Origin: Verrucomicrobiota bacterium
GTDB taxonomy: Bacteria; Verrucomicrobiota; Verrucomicrobiia; Opitutales; Seribacteraceae
Length of the DNA: 64,000 nucleotides
NCBI GenBank assembly: GCA_027622665.1
Contig: JAQBYT010000014.1
Span: forward strand, 26,932 to 90,931
Direction: 5' to 3'
Numbering within the stretch: the stretch's first letter is position 1; every line of letters starts with the position of its first letter. The notes under the pieces were generated by a model that saw nothing but the letters and a program-made list of their open reading frames with translations, made no database searches and was not told where the DNA came from. Position numbers and translations under genes: made by a program. Of the stretch, positions 20,707 to 31,174 are shown in pieces.

Positions 20707-22034
20707 TAAGCTGGTTTCTTGGCTAGGGCGGCGGCAAGACATAAGCCACTACCAAAAGCTGCAAATCCAAGGTTTGTAGATTGCCCTAAGGGACTAAACA
20801 GAATTATTGGGCCGGCAGCACCAAATAAGAATATGGGGAGGTAACTGTCTTTTTTTATGCAATTGATGCATGTTTTTAGCAAATCTTTCGCAATCCAAAT
20901 TCTCCACAGCACAAAAAGAATTCCTATCAGGAATCCATTTTCAATTATTGGTCGAGACCAAGAGAGTTCTGCATGGCCAAATTGGCCTGAATACCTTGCT
21001 CCAACTCGTGTAGCAGTTCCAAGACCATTGCCAAAGAAGTCCGTGTACTGTGCATAATAGTAGGGAGATGAAATGATATCCCAATAACGTTTGAAATAAG
21101 CTTCGGTGGGGGTTCCTTCTATATTTGCCGCCTCTTCGAAGCGTAAACTAAGGAAATCAAGCCCTTCCGTGAACAGATCTAGTTGTGTGTAAAGAAGTAA
21201 CGTAATGGCGGAAAAGCCAAAGACGGTCGCGGCGATTTTTCCGAATTCCTGAGGACGAAAGTAGGCAAGAAATCCAAAGCATGCAAGGACTTGGAGAGAT
21301 TCTGCAATTACCGCTCGGCTTCCTGCAGTTACCATCGCCAGAAATGTGGCTCCGGTTCCCAAGTATAGTAACCATTTTGGAAAAGTGTTCTTTTGCAGAA
21401 ACCCGTAAATAATGAATGCAACAGTGAAACAGTAGTAGAAAACGATCCCGCTGACGAAAGAGAAGAATCCGGATGCGCGGACTTTATCTCCGGAGGTCAT
21501 CATTTGGTGCCCGGTGCCTCCTGCTGCTACATTAATGCGGTCCGTCCTGTCAGCTTGGAATTGTTCCGCCACCACCCAAGTCATTGGGAGTGCGAAGAAA
21601 AGGAACGCCCAGCCAAAGGAAAGCACATCTTTCTTGGTTAGCACCTTGGCCATAATGAAGATTAACGGCATGTGCAAAAGATTGGATCGAACTCCGTAGG
21701 CAATGGCACGCGGATCGGCTTGGTTAATTAGGAATGACATTGTCACTGCTAGTAATGTCCACTGGAATAATCTTTGAATGTATTTGTTTTCTAGGGGAAA
21801 AATTCCATGGATGCAGGCCAAATAATAAATCCAGATAACGAATGGATCTCTAATTATCAGAAGTGCGTCCGACATCCAACCCGTTAGGATCCACTTCCTT
21901 GCCCCACCCTCAAAAATTAGAAGCAAAAAATAGACCCAGATGAGTTTACGTATGAACCCATAGTCCGCCACCTCGGTCATGATCCTCTTTCGTGGGAGGG
22001 GGACTTTTAGACTACTGGTTCCCGCGGTGTTCAT
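20706..22034 (-). CDS. Polytopic membrane protein, putative polysaccharide polymerase/ligase (Wzy/WaaL-like)
   Basis: About 10-12 hydrophobic segments; IWVYFLLLIFEGGARKW, VRASGFFSF, GSR, GNGLG in a late loop; flanked by GT4 genes. Confidence 0.65.
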   Translation of the reverse strand: MNTAGTSSLKVPLPRKRIMTEVADYGFIRKLIWVYFLLLIFEGGARKWILTGWMSDALLIIRDPFVIWIYYLACIHGIFPLENKYIQRLFQWTLLAVTMSFLINQADPRAIAYGVRSNLLHMPLIFIMAKVLTKKDVLSFGWAFLFFALPMTWVVAEQFQADRTDRINVAAGGTGHQMMTSGDKVRASGFFSFVSGIVFYYCFTVAFIIYGFLQKNTFPKWLLYLGTGATFLAMVTAGSRAVIAESLQVLACFGFLAYFRPQEFGKIAATVFGFSAITLLLYTQLDLFTEGLDFLSLRFEEAANIEGTPTEAYFKRYWDIISSPYYYAQYTDFFGNGLGTATRVGARYSGQFGHAELSWSRPIIENGFLIGILFVLWRIWIAKDLLKTCINCIKKDSYLPIFLFGAAGPIILFSPLGQSTNLGFAAFGSGLCLAAALAKKPA

Positions 22035-22067
22035 GATCGGTCGAGTATCGTGCCTTGCCTCTGGCTT

Positions 22068-23270
22068 TCACAAGCAAAAGTCCACTACTTTCTTGGCGTA
22101 GGCGGACCAAGGGTAATTCCGTGCTGTCTCTTGGCAAAACTGCCCCATCTCATGCCGTTCTACTCGATGGTTTAGAAACCACTCGATCCGTTCCGCCAAG
22201 ATTTGGGGTTGTCTAATGGGAATGAGGAATCCGGTTCTGCCCTCCTCGATCAAGTCCTCTCCGCCTGCATTGGGGGTAACCAAGAGGGGGAGTCCGCATG
22301 ACAGGGCTTCCTGTTGCACCAGAGCCCGACCTTCGACGATGGATGGCAACACGAGGACATCGTGTTCTTCCATGGTACTTCTTACCTGCTCGTTGGAGCA
22401 GGGGGGGATGTATTCGAATCGGGAGTAGCGGGTGCGATAAAAGCTCATGGGCATGGAGGGTTGGCCAAGTATGGTCAGGGTAATAGCGTTCGTATTGAGC
22501 TGGTACATTGCTTCGAACAAATCGGCTAAACCCTTGCGTTGGCTCATCGATCCAACAAAGAGTAGTTTGAGCGGCCCTTGTGAGCGTCGCTCCGAAGCGT
22601 TCTCAGCAGGTGAACCGCTCGGGGGACTCCCGAACGGAGCGACTTGACAGGGCTTCTCCGCCCTAATCTTCTCAGGGATGGAGCGAAGCACGAACTCGCT
22701 TGGGCAGGTGATGCAATCGGCGAGGGATAGCTCTGTCTCCTTGCGAGCGAGCTTGTTTTCTGGTTCGCGGGTACTTTCTAGGGTCGGTTCCCAGTCGGGT
22801 AGACGTTCGGCCTCTTCCGCGAGCAATCGGCGAACCGTTGCCCAATGGGCGATGGGCATTTCGTATGACCTTCTAATGCCAAGTTCTTTTGCCATCCGGA
22901 AACTTTCAGCGGCGCCATCCTCATAGGCATGCAGGGAGACACCCGGGTAGCGATGAAGTTCTTTGGCGACTTTTCGATCCAAGGATTCGTAGGATTGATC
23001 CACACGACTTCTGCGTCGTTCTTGGCAACCTTGACCGAAGGGCAACAAGCGACAAGCTTCCGGAAACCATTGCCTCGAGATTCTTGGGTCGGGTATGGAG
23101 TACTTGCGTCGAGAGCCGAGGATTTGTGTGAGTGGGCGGGCTTCCTTGCCGATTCCGATTGTCGTGTAGAATTTCTCTAACTGGCCTAACGAATCAAGTT
23201 CCTCGACGAGCGCACGAACGAAGCTATTGCCGGTCGGGTGTGATACGATGATGCGGGGACTGAGAGTCAT
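22068..23270 (-). CDS. Glycosyltransferase family 4 (start ATG 23270, MTLSPRIIVSHP)
   Basis: FVGSMSQRKG, LPSIVEGRALVQQEALSCGLP. Confidence 0.9.
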   Translation of the reverse strand: MTLSPRIIVSHPTGNSFVRALVEELDSLGQLEKFYTTIGIGKEARPLTQILGSRRKYSIPDPRISRQWFPEACRLLPFGQGCQERRRSRVDQSYESLDRKVAKELHRYPGVSLHAYEDGAAESFRMAKELGIRRSYEMPIAHWATVRRLLAEEAERLPDWEPTLESTREPENKLARKETELSLADCITCPSEFVLRSIPEKIRAEKPCQVAPFGSPPSGSPAENASERRSQGPLKLLFVGSMSQRKGLADLFEAMYQLNTNAITLTILGQPSMPMSFYRTRYSRFEYIPPCSNEQVRSTMEEHDVLVLPSIVEGRALVQQEALSCGLPLLVTPNAGGEDLIEEGRTGFLIPIRQPQILAERIEWFLNHRVERHEMGQFCQETARNYPWSAYAKKVVDFCL

Positions 23271-24376
23271 GCTTTTCGCAATCGATTCCTCGACCACTGA
23301 TGGATGGGGCGTTCCACCAACAGGAAAAAGAGCCAAGCTAGGAAGCAAACCGGGATCAAATAAGCTAGTGAGACTAAGAAATTCGCCGGTTTTTCGCCGA
23401 AGCATGAGCGGTGGAGGTAGCCGAAGAGTTTGAACAAGGGAAAATGCAAAAGATAAAGAGAGAAAGAAATCTTTCCTAACCAGGCAAGGACGGCCAACGC
23501 TTTGGAGAAGAAAATACGGCTAAGCATTTCCTGATGAGCTAGCGAGAAGATGAATAAAAAAAGATAAAAATCAATCCAGAGAAAGTATTGAATCCATGAA
23601 TCCCAGTTATAGAGTCGACTGGCCAGAGCCAATGAGAGGGTGATCCCTCCCGCAGGCAACAAAAGTGGTAACGGGATTGCCGAGAGCTTTCGATCGCGGT
23701 GCAACTGTGCGACCCATGCTCCCAGTAACCATGTCGGCCAAAAAAAAAGGGAGGTAAAGGAAGGCCAAGATGTTCCTTGGGCATTCAAAAAAACGCTCCA
23801 TCCGCACAGACCAAAGGCCAAGACACCAAGAGTCCAGGAACGGAGTTGGGAAAACAAGCAAAAGGCCAGTGGATAGAGCAGGTAGAATTCGATCTCTAAT
23901 GGAATCGTCCACAAGGAGGGATTACTCAAAAATTGCCCGACGCCCGGAGGATAATTTTGGGAAAAGGTGGCCACTCGAATGATCCGATCTGGGTCCCATG
24001 TCGTGTCTCCCCATTGAATGTGGCAGTAATAGCTTATAGCCATGGTAACTAAAAGAGCCACCAAGTAGGGCGGACAAACTCTCCATAACCTTCGCAGGAA
24101 GTATGTTTTCCATATCGGCCGAGAATTATTCAAGGTATTCGGATAGTGGATGCAAAATCCGCTGATCAGGAAAAACAGGAGGATGGAATAACCAAGAAAA
24201 GGGGTGGGGATCGACAGCCATGCAATCGCTTTGGAAAAGGCAGAGTATTCGTTAGGGTAATGCTTTATTCTCCACCATCCGACCCAAAGATCTACACGAA
24301 TATGGAATAACAAAATCCCAAGGCAGGACAGCCCTCGGAGCAGATCGATTACGGGCACTCGGTCATTCCCCCTCAT
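23267..24376 (-). CDS. Acyltransferase-3 (OafA-like O-acetyltransferase)
   Basis: IDLLRG, FFLISGF, RRLWR, LWTIPLEIEFY, GKISFSLYLLH, VERP. Confidence 0.92.
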   Translation of the reverse strand: MRGNDRVPVIDLLRGLSCLGILLFHIRVDLWVGWWRIKHYPNEYSAFSKAIAWLSIPTPFLGYSILLFFLISGFCIHYPNTLNNSRPIWKTYFLRRLWRVCPPYLVALLVTMAISYYCHIQWGDTTWDPDRIIRVATFSQNYPPGVGQFLSNPSLWTIPLEIEFYLLYPLAFCLFSQLRSWTLGVLAFGLCGWSVFLNAQGTSWPSFTSLFFWPTWLLGAWVAQLHRDRKLSAIPLPLLLPAGGITLSLALASRLYNWDSWIQYFLWIDFYLFLFIFSLAHQEMLSRIFFSKALAVLAWLGKISFSLYLLHFPLFKLFGYLHRSCFGEKPANFLVSLAYLIPVCFLAWLFFLLVERPIHQWSRNRLRKA

Positions 24377-25476
24377 TTTCTTCCAAGCAAGGTCAAGTAT
24401 TGGCTGGCATATTCATCCAAGGGACGTACGTAATCTTCAAATCCTATTTTTGAGAGTCTACACATTTTCTCGTATGTTTTCTCATCCGTCTTCGTTGCTT
24501 TGCGTAAGCATTCGAGGAGGGAATCCACATCTCCGGGGACGCATCGTAGGGCATGTGGTCCACCAGTTTCTTTGACACCGCCGTCCGTGCTTACTATGCA
24601 TGGCACGCCCACGGAGCGAGCTTCTAGAGGCGTAAGGCCAAGGTCCTCCTTAGTGTTTGGAGGGGTAACCATCCATTTGGCCTTTCGGGTGTAGGCGTGT
24701 CGTTGTTTCTCGGATACGAAACCAGGGAGTTCAACGCCTTGGATATTTTGTTCGCGAATCAGACCCTCGACCTCGGACCTAAGCGGGCCATCACCAAGTA
24801 AAACGAGGGGCCAGTCTTCCGGATCGGGGGAAAGTCGGTGGTAAGCCTCGAGCAAGATTCGAATTCCTTTGTTCGGTACCCAGCGTCCGAGAAAAAGAAA
24901 CCCATTCCTTTTGTTGGGTGATGTTTCCGCGCTTGGCATCCGCGATACCACAGGCAATCGAGCACTGCCGATTCGGCGGCGCTTTTCCCAAGTATCCCAT
25001 ACGAATTCTGAAATATACCACCTGCGATCCGCATTTAGGACAGCCCATCGCCAAGCCAACAGACGGGGGTGGAGCCCTTTTCTTCGCCAATTGTAGATCG
25101 TCATTACGCAAGGAATTTTTCTTTTCTTCGCCCACCACACGCCCTCGATCATTGGGTTGTGAAGGTGGACCAAATTGCATGCCTCAATACCATCCCTGAT
25201 CTTTGGGCTTCCTCGGTTGACGTACTCGCTCGAGAATCGGTTTCGTTGTTCGATTGTCCATTCATTGAGAATTTCCTCTTCACATCTATCGATGGATGTA
25301 TCGGCAGCAAATCCCGTCACCCTCTTGCGAAGCAGATGTACGGATGCACCGCGTTTCACGAGGTCTTCGATCAAGGTCAGGCAAAAGGTCTCGATACCCC
25401 CGAATCGTCCTAAGCAGGGAGCGATCATCAGGATGCGGATTCCGGAGAGTTCCGTGCACTTGGGGAGGTTTACCAT
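24373..25476 (-). CDS. Glycosyltransferase family 4 (start ATG 25476)
   Basis: GGIE, FLGRWVPNKG, GDGP, EDLGLTPLEA. Confidence 0.9.
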   Translation of the reverse strand: MVNLPKCTELSGIRILMIAPCLGRFGGIETFCLTLIEDLVKRGASVHLLRKRVTGFAADTSIDRCEEEILNEWTIEQRNRFSSEYVNRGSPKIRDGIEACNLVHLHNPMIEGVWWAKKRKIPCVMTIYNWRRKGLHPRLLAWRWAVLNADRRWYISEFVWDTWEKRRRIGSARLPVVSRMPSAETSPNKRNGFLFLGRWVPNKGIRILLEAYHRLSPDPEDWPLVLLGDGPLRSEVEGLIREQNIQGVELPGFVSEKQRHAYTRKAKWMVTPPNTKEDLGLTPLEARSVGVPCIVSTDGGVKETGGPHALRCVPGDVDSLLECLRKATKTDEKTYEKMCRLSKIGFEDYVRPLDEYASQYLTLLGRK

Positions 25477-26372
25477 CGATTGTGCCGTGTATTGATCCAG
25501 CGTTTGGCCAGGTTGGTCGCATAGGCGAAAACTCCACGCGGAAGGCAAGGCTGGAATTGGGCTTGTATCGTTAGTGGAGGCTCAGTGATTTTTTCCGAAT
25601 AGGCGTCGATCTTGGGTAACCATTCCTCTCGGTAAGATCCCAGCAGGTGAACCCCGAAGGTTTCTTTTTCGATGGATGCATTGGGATATAGGTTCCTCAG
25701 TTGAGTGGGCGAGACGACCTTGGATTGGCAAAGACTTGCCAATCCTGCCTGTGCGGTGGGCATAACCCATTCGGGAATGGAGTGAAATTTGAATTGTCCG
25801 AGAAACCATTCCAAATATTCCCAATCGATCACTCGCTTGTCCCAACACACGATAGCCGTGGTGATCCCTTGCACGATGATTGGCCTTCTGCCGAAACCGA
25901 GAAGGTGCCGAGGACGCAGGCAATAGGCATCCCACTGAGTGTCCTGCAGAAACAAGGCTCCTCCCTGAATTTTTGTTGAGTCAAAAAGCCCTGAGAAGGG
26001 ACGTAGGAAAAGGATGTCCGCATCAATGTAAAAACTGATTGGGTTAGTAGGATCAGTGAACAAGGGATCGAAGAACTCGACCCCCCACAAAGAATTTTGC
26101 CTTATTGTTTGGCAATTCGGGCGACTGGCTAATTGATCTAGGGTTCTCTCCCTGGATTCTTCAGGATTTGAAAAGGTAGCTTGGTCACCCAATTGGTTCC
26201 TGATCTCTTGTCTATCGATCTCTTGCAGCGATCCATCTTCATGAATCAAAAGCTGCAGATCCTCCTGGCAATGACTGAGCAGAGAACGCAGACAACGGAG
26301 GTAGAATGATAGGTTTTGTTTTCCAATGAGGGATTGGACGATTAAGGGAGACGAACTTGACACTGGAGTCAC
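25470..26372 (-). CDS. Putative GT-A-fold glycosyltransferase (start GTG 26372)
   Basis: LLIHEDG and FYIDAD (DxD) motifs; cluster context. Confidence 0.6.
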   Translation of the reverse strand: MTPVSSSSPLIVQSLIGKQNLSFYLRCLRSLLSHCQEDLQLLIHEDGSLQEIDRQEIRNQLGDQATFSNPEESRERTLDQLASRPNCQTIRQNSLWGVEFFDPLFTDPTNPISFYIDADILFLRPFSGLFDSTKIQGGALFLQDTQWDAYCLRPRHLLGFGRRPIIVQGITTAIVCWDKRVIDWEYLEWFLGQFKFHSIPEWVMPTAQAGLASLCQSKVVSPTQLRNLYPNASIEKETFGVHLLGSYREEWLPKIDAYSEKITEPPLTIQAQFQPCLPRGVFAYATNLAKRWINTRHNRW

Positions 26373-27475
26373 GATCGTTCGAACCAAGCTCGAACTGCAC
26401 CTGCGATTCGTTCGATCGATCTCACGCTAAGTTCGGGATAAAGCGGTAGGCTTAAGTTCTTTCCGTAAAATGCCTCGGTGTTTGGTAGGTCTTCCGCTCC
26501 GCTTATGCGTTCCGCATAAGCACGATGCTTGTGGACGGGCAGTGCATAGTGCAGACTGACTCCGATACCTTGTTCCTTTAGGTGCTCCATAAGCTCATCC
26601 CGCTGGTCGCACTCGATAACGTAGAGATGCATGGCATGAAGTTCCTTGGAATTCCGATGCGGGAGGGTGATGGGCAAGTCACTCAACAATTCGTCATATC
26701 GCTTGGCTAATTGCCGCCTCTTCTCATTGGTTTCAGCAAGATATTTGAGCTTGACCCGGAGGATCGCGGCTTGAATTTCGTCCAGACGAGTGTTTACTCC
26801 TGTTTCAATGCTTTCACGGTTGTTATCCCAACCGTATTGACGCAAACTTTTCAAGTAATTTGCTTGCCGCTGGGTGGAGCACAGGATTACCCCCCCATCC
26901 CCGATGCCTCCTAAGTTTTTGGTCGGATAGCAACTATAGGCGGCCAGGTTCCCGAAAGTTCCAACTTTTTGCTTACCAACTTCTGCACCATGAGCTTGGG
27001 AGCAATCTTCAATTACGAGGAGATTATTGGCTTTCGCGAGCTTCATGATTTTAGCCATGTCGCAGGGTTGTCCGAAGATATGAACGGGTATAATTGCCCT
27101 AGTCTTTTCATTTATTCTCGATAGGGCCGATTCAGGGCAGATACAGCGAGTCACCGGATCAATGTCTGCCAATACGGGCAAGCAACCTGCCTGTTCGATC
27201 CCTGCAACCGTTGCCACTGCGGTATGAGAAACGGTGATCACTTCATCCCCGGTACCAAGCCTAAGGGCTCTGAGGCAAAGAGCTATGGCATCGGTGCCAT
27301 TGGCTACGCCTACGGCATGCAGGTTAGGGCCATGGAAGTTAGCAAATTCATTCTCAAAAGACTCGACTTCCTGACCTAAAACATACCATCCGGAATCCAG
27401 AACTCGTCGGATCGCTTGGTCGATTTCATCTTTGTGCGATTTATAGGAGGCGGATGGGTCGCTGAATGGGATCAT
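26369..27475 (-). CDS. DegT/DnrJ/EryC1/StrS PLP-dependent sugar aminotransferase
   Basis: NGTDA, PVHIFGQ, EDCSQAHG, SCYPTKNLGGIGDGG, NTRLDEIQAA. Confidence 0.95.
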   Translation of the reverse strand: MIPFSDPSASYKSHKDEIDQAIRRVLDSGWYVLGQEVESFENEFANFHGPNLHAVGVANGTDAIALCLRALRLGTGDEVITVSHTAVATVAGIEQAGCLPVLADIDPVTRCICPESALSRINEKTRAIIPVHIFGQPCDMAKIMKLAKANNLLVIEDCSQAHGAEVGKQKVGTFGNLAAYSCYPTKNLGGIGDGGVILCSTQRQANYLKSLRQYGWDNNRESIETGVNTRLDEIQAAILRVKLKYLAETNEKRRQLAKRYDELLSDLPITLPHRNSKELHAMHLYVIECDQRDELMEHLKEQGIGVSLHYALPVHKHRAYAERISGAEDLPNTEAFYGKNLSLPLYPELSVRSIERIAGAVRAWFERS

Positions 27476-27488
27476 CAGGTGCTCGTAA

Positions 27489-28466
27489 TCAAATATAATG
27501 AGACAAGTCGTTGCGGAAGTACTCGACGGACTTGGAGATTCCTTGCCGGAAGTCTACCTTGGGTTCCCACCCGAAGGCAGATTGGAAAGCTTTGTAGTTG
27601 CAGACGAAGTCGCCCACGTCGATCGCCTTGCGGTCTTCGGGAAAGGGAATCTTTTCGTAATTCGCTCCCTCTATTAGCTCGCACATCAGCTTAGCCGTAT
27701 CCTCAAGTGTTAGAGGCTCGGGAGCTCCCAAATTAAAAATCTTACCCTCGGCTTCGGGTCTAGTCGCGGCGAGCAGAAGGGCATCGACCACATCGTCGAC
27801 GTAGTTGTAGTCCCGCCTCTGTCGACCATCGCCGAACACGTGGATGGGTTTGCCTTCCAGTAAGTTTCGAATCCAGACACCCAAGAAGGTTTGCCGCGCA
27901 TCCTTGATCCGCATCCTTGGACCATACGTATTAGTCAGACGAAGCACGCTGGCGGGAATGCCGTAGACGTCGTTGTATACGATGTGATACCACTCGCCCG
28001 CCATCTTGTTGACTCCGTTAATGTCGACTGGGTGGGATGGATGCTTTTCGTCGACAGGGAGGTATTGGGGTTTGCCGTAGATTTGTCGGGTACTCGCGAA
28101 CACAATCCGAATCTCTGGATTATGCTTTCTGCACGCTTCGAGAATGGACAATTGAGCCTTGGCGTTGATGTCCAAGTCGGTAAACGGATTTTCCATCGAG
28201 TCTAAGTGGCTAGTTTGCCCCGCTAAGTTGAACAAGTAGTCTTGTCCCTGCACCAATTGGTTCATCGAAAATGGATCACGCACATCAGACAAATTAATTG
28301 TCAATTGATCCCTTATGTCATATAAGTTTCTTTGGTTGCCCCCGTATTCGGGAATCAAACTGTCCACCACCGTGACCTTCGCTCCATCGTGAACTAAGCG
28401 TCGGGCCAAGTTTGACCCGATGAATCCGAGTCCTCCGGTAATAAGCACCTTTTTACCTTCCATCAC
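27489..28466 (-). CDS. NAD-dependent nucleotide-sugar epimerase/dehydratase
   Basis: TGGLGFIG, ASTRQIYG, NGVNK, RLTNTYGPR, DGRQRRDY. Confidence 0.93.
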   Translation of the reverse strand: MMEGKKVLITGGLGFIGSNLARRLVHDGAKVTVVDSLIPEYGGNQRNLYDIRDQLTINLSDVRDPFSMNQLVQGQDYLFNLAGQTSHLDSMENPFTDLDINAKAQLSILEACRKHNPEIRIVFASTRQIYGKPQYLPVDEKHPSHPVDINGVNKMAGEWYHIVYNDVYGIPASVLRLTNTYGPRMRIKDARQTFLGVWIRNLLEGKPIHVFGDGRQRRDYNYVDDVVDALLLAATRPEAEGKIFNLGAPEPLTLEDTAKLMCELIEGANYEKIPFPEDRKAIDVGDFVCNYKAFQSAFGWEPKVDFRQGISKSVEYFRNDLSHYI

Positions 28467-28534
28467 CTAGGGTATGTCGATTGATTAATCATCTTGATAG
28501 CAAAACGAAATAGCCATCTGTAATCTGTCGCAAA

Positions 28535-29083
28535 TCATTGCATGGTTCGATTCCCGATAACCCTAGCGGGGTTTCCCGCGACGATTTCATTTTCTTGAAC
28601 GTCCTTGGTTACCACCCCTTGAGCTCCGACCACGGCGTTCTTTCCAATTGATACCCCGGGTAAAATCATGGCTCTTGCTCCCACGAAGGCATGTGCACCA
28701 ATGGTGATCTTGTCCGTTATAAGCCGAAAGGAAGCATTATCAATGTCGTGGGTTCCAGTGCAGAGGTATGCCTCTTGAGCAATGGTGGCGCCCTCTAGGA
28801 TTTCAACATGGCCCAAGGAGTATGCGTTCGCCCGTTCGCCCAAGCAGGCTCGGTGATGCATCGTCAGGTGCCATGGTATTTGTATGCGGGCCCGCTGATG
28901 GACGAAAGGCATTCCCGAAATTCGAGCACCGAAAATCTTGAGAACTAACAGTCTCCAAGGATTGAAAAACTTCGGTGTCCATGAGCAGAGTAAAACCCAA
29001 AACAACTTCCAAACAAACAAAACCACATGTGTCCAGAGCGGCCATGGGTTTTGATAGGGATTGGATTGATTCTTTGGATTCAT
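28535..29083 (-). CDS. WcaF-like hexapeptide-repeat acetyltransferase
   Basis: WRLLVLKIFGA, IPWHL, LCTGTHD, ILPGVSIG, AGNPA. Confidence 0.9.
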   Translation of the reverse strand: MNPKNQSNPYQNPWPLWTHVVLFVWKLFWVLLCSWTPKFFNPWRLLVLKIFGARISGMPFVHQRARIQIPWHLTMHHRACLGERANAYSLGHVEILEGATIAQEAYLCTGTHDIDNASFRLITDKITIGAHAFVGARAMILPGVSIGKNAVVGAQGVVTKDVQENEIVAGNPARVIGNRTMQ

Positions 29084-30117
29084 ATAATTGCCTCTATGAA
29101 TTTATCAGCAGTATGGGCAACGCCATTAAAAAAGGGCTTTGGGAGTTGTTGCGTTGATTTTATCAGTTGTTCCGAACTCTTGGGGTCATTGAGAAGAAAA
29201 ATCTGGTCTTGAAAAGGCTCAAATACAAACAAGCTATCCTTTGGAGTGTCCCCGTCGTCATAAGCATATATGGGCAAGCCATGTTCGAGCATGGCCGCCG
29301 CCGCGCCACTCTTGCCGAGAACATCGTAGGGGGTGGTAGCCACGCCGCAATCGGCGAATTGCAGCTCGTGAGACAGTTCCTCGGATGTCAATCTACTGGT
29401 TTCTTCGACGGTAATGCCGTGCTTGCCAGCTTCTCGGTGCAGTTTCCTCAAACCCGTTTTTTCGCGGACATGACCGAGCATCCGAATGTTCCAGGGTCTC
29501 TTCATCGCAGTGAAGGTTTCGACAAGGCGTTCGAACAAGAGATCGTAGGGAAAGGTATCATAGGGTGTGCCGAAGAAGGCGATGTGAGCTACAGGGTCTG
29601 CATCCATTCGAGCAGAGGGAGCTTCCGCCCAAGGTATGTTGCCGAACAGGTACAGGTATTCGGCTTCGACCCCCATCAGGTCCAAGCGATTCAAGGCGGC
29701 CGCATTGGTGGCGTGTACGGCGAAGGGCTGGGCAGTCTCGAGAAAACTTAGGATTTGATGGCGTTGACGCCCGCCAATCCACCGTTCGCGCCAAGTCGAC
29801 TGCGGATAGGCGCCGATCCAGATTTCGTGAAACATTACTTGCAGGTGGCGTCCGGCCAAGGCTTTGGCCAAGCTTTGCAGACCTTGCCCTGGCAAACCTT
29901 TAGGATGAAAGGCGTAGGGGGCGAACTGAAGGCTGACGGCATCGCATGGCGGGAGGGAGTCGGCGGTTGTCGCTAGGGTGGCCCCGACCCTCGGATCCAC
30001 ACTCATCCTCATGCATTCGTGACCCAGACCCTCGAGCCTTTCGGAAAGCAGGCGAACATAGTCGCTTACGCCACACTGCCCTGGGCGATAGGGGCCGAGG
30101 ATGAAGAGGAATCTCAC
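29080..30117 (-). CDS. GT-B-fold glycosyltransferase (GT4-like)
   Basis: GQCGVSDY, LQFAPYAF, MFHEIW, FFG, KSGAAAAMLEHGLP. Confidence 0.75.
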   Translation of the reverse strand: MRFLFILGPYRPGQCGVSDYVRLLSERLEGLGHECMRMSVDPRVGATLATTADSLPPCDAVSLQFAPYAFHPKGLPGQGLQSLAKALAGRHLQVMFHEIWIGAYPQSTWRERWIGGRQRHQILSFLETAQPFAVHATNAAALNRLDLMGVEAEYLYLFGNIPWAEAPSARMDADPVAHIAFFGTPYDTFPYDLLFERLVETFTAMKRPWNIRMLGHVREKTGLRKLHREAGKHGITVEETSRLTSEELSHELQFADCGVATTPYDVLGKSGAAAAMLEHGLPIYAYDDGDTPKDSLFVFEPFQDQIFLLNDPKSSEQLIKSTQQLPKPFFNGVAHTADKFIEAII

Positions 30118-30121
30118 GAAG

Positions 30122-31165
30122 TCATCCGATCCTTTTTCCAGAAGACCAATGTTTTGTCCATTTTGCCAACTTATGGAAAGGTTTTTCTACAAGGAAGAAA
30201 TAGCAAAAGGTACATCCCGCTAAAAAAATCCAATGAATGATGATGTTAAATCCCGTCCCAAGGTTTGGTAGTCCGGTATACTGGGTAAGTGAAGCGATGT
30301 GCCCGTGAACTAAATACAGGGAGTAACTGGCCAGACCTGCCTTCTCCAGAAGGATCCATGGAGGGCTTTCCCTGAAATGGAGAATTTCTTCTCGAAGCCA
30401 ATACATCACTAAAATTGAGAAGAAATTCAGCGTGAAAGGATGTCCAATAATTTCCTGTAGAGCGAGGAAATGAGTGACGAACCCTGCGATTAACACAGTT
30501 AATCGCAGTATAACTAATTTCTTGCTGTCAACCTGTTTTTCGAAGTCTACTTGCCCAGCAATTAGTACTCCGCATAGCCAACATGGAAGCCCTAGAAAGG
30601 GAGTGTATAAAGGCCCAAGCCCAGGATAGTTTACCGTGGTTAATTCAAAAAGGAATGGTGCTAGAAATGTGGGAGTCAGACTGATGAAAAATAGCATCCT
30701 CCACCCTTGCTGAGTATTTATTAATCCACGAATAAATGGATAGATAAAGTAGTAGAAAAGCTCACAGACGATGGACCAGCCAATCAAGTTGTAGAAGGAT
30801 ATGTTTGGCCGATCGGTGGCTATGTTGATGATCATTATGACTCCAATGGGTCCTATGATCCTAATTGCTCGAGACAGTAGAAAAGGGATTACGTAGGCTT
30901 TCGACCACTTTTCTCGATAGGGGTAGTGAATACAGAACCCACTGATTACAAAAAATATGATCACTGCAGCAGGACCACAAAACAAAGTTGTGTAGCAACC
31001 ATTGATGAACCATGCGACCAAACTGTTCGGATCGTGGCCAAGGGTAAGTGGAGGGTAGGCTCCATGGCTAAATGCTACCCACAGTGCGCACAAGAATCGG
31101 ATGCTGTCCAATCCCCTCAGTCTGTGAGAGCTTGCTTTTGTTTTAGAGGTTTGATCGGTCGTCAT
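30122..31165 (-). CDS. Acyltransferase-3 (second copy)
   Basis: LDSIR, FFVISGFCIHYP, WSIVCELFYY, SYSLYLVH, VEKP. Confidence 0.92.
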   Translation of the reverse strand: MTTDQTSKTKASSHRLRGLDSIRFLCALWVAFSHGAYPPLTLGHDPNSLVAWFINGCYTTLFCGPAAVIIFFVISGFCIHYPYREKWSKAYVIPFLLSRAIRIIGPIGVIMIINIATDRPNISFYNLIGWSIVCELFYYFIYPFIRGLINTQQGWRMLFFISLTPTFLAPFLFELTTVNYPGLGPLYTPFLGLPCWLCGVLIAGQVDFEKQVDSKKLVILRLTVLIAGFVTHFLALQEIIGHPFTLNFFSILVMYWLREEILHFRESPPWILLEKAGLASYSLYLVHGHIASLTQYTGLPNLGTGFNIIIHWIFLAGCTFCYFFLVEKPFHKLAKWTKHWSSGKRIG

Positions 31166-31174
31166 GTCCAGCTA

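Noticed and set aside
23740..23748. A9 (T9 coding) run in the acyltransferase as a phase-variation tract
   Set aside because: In frame, encodes LFFW in a TM segment; no evidence of length variation from one sequence.
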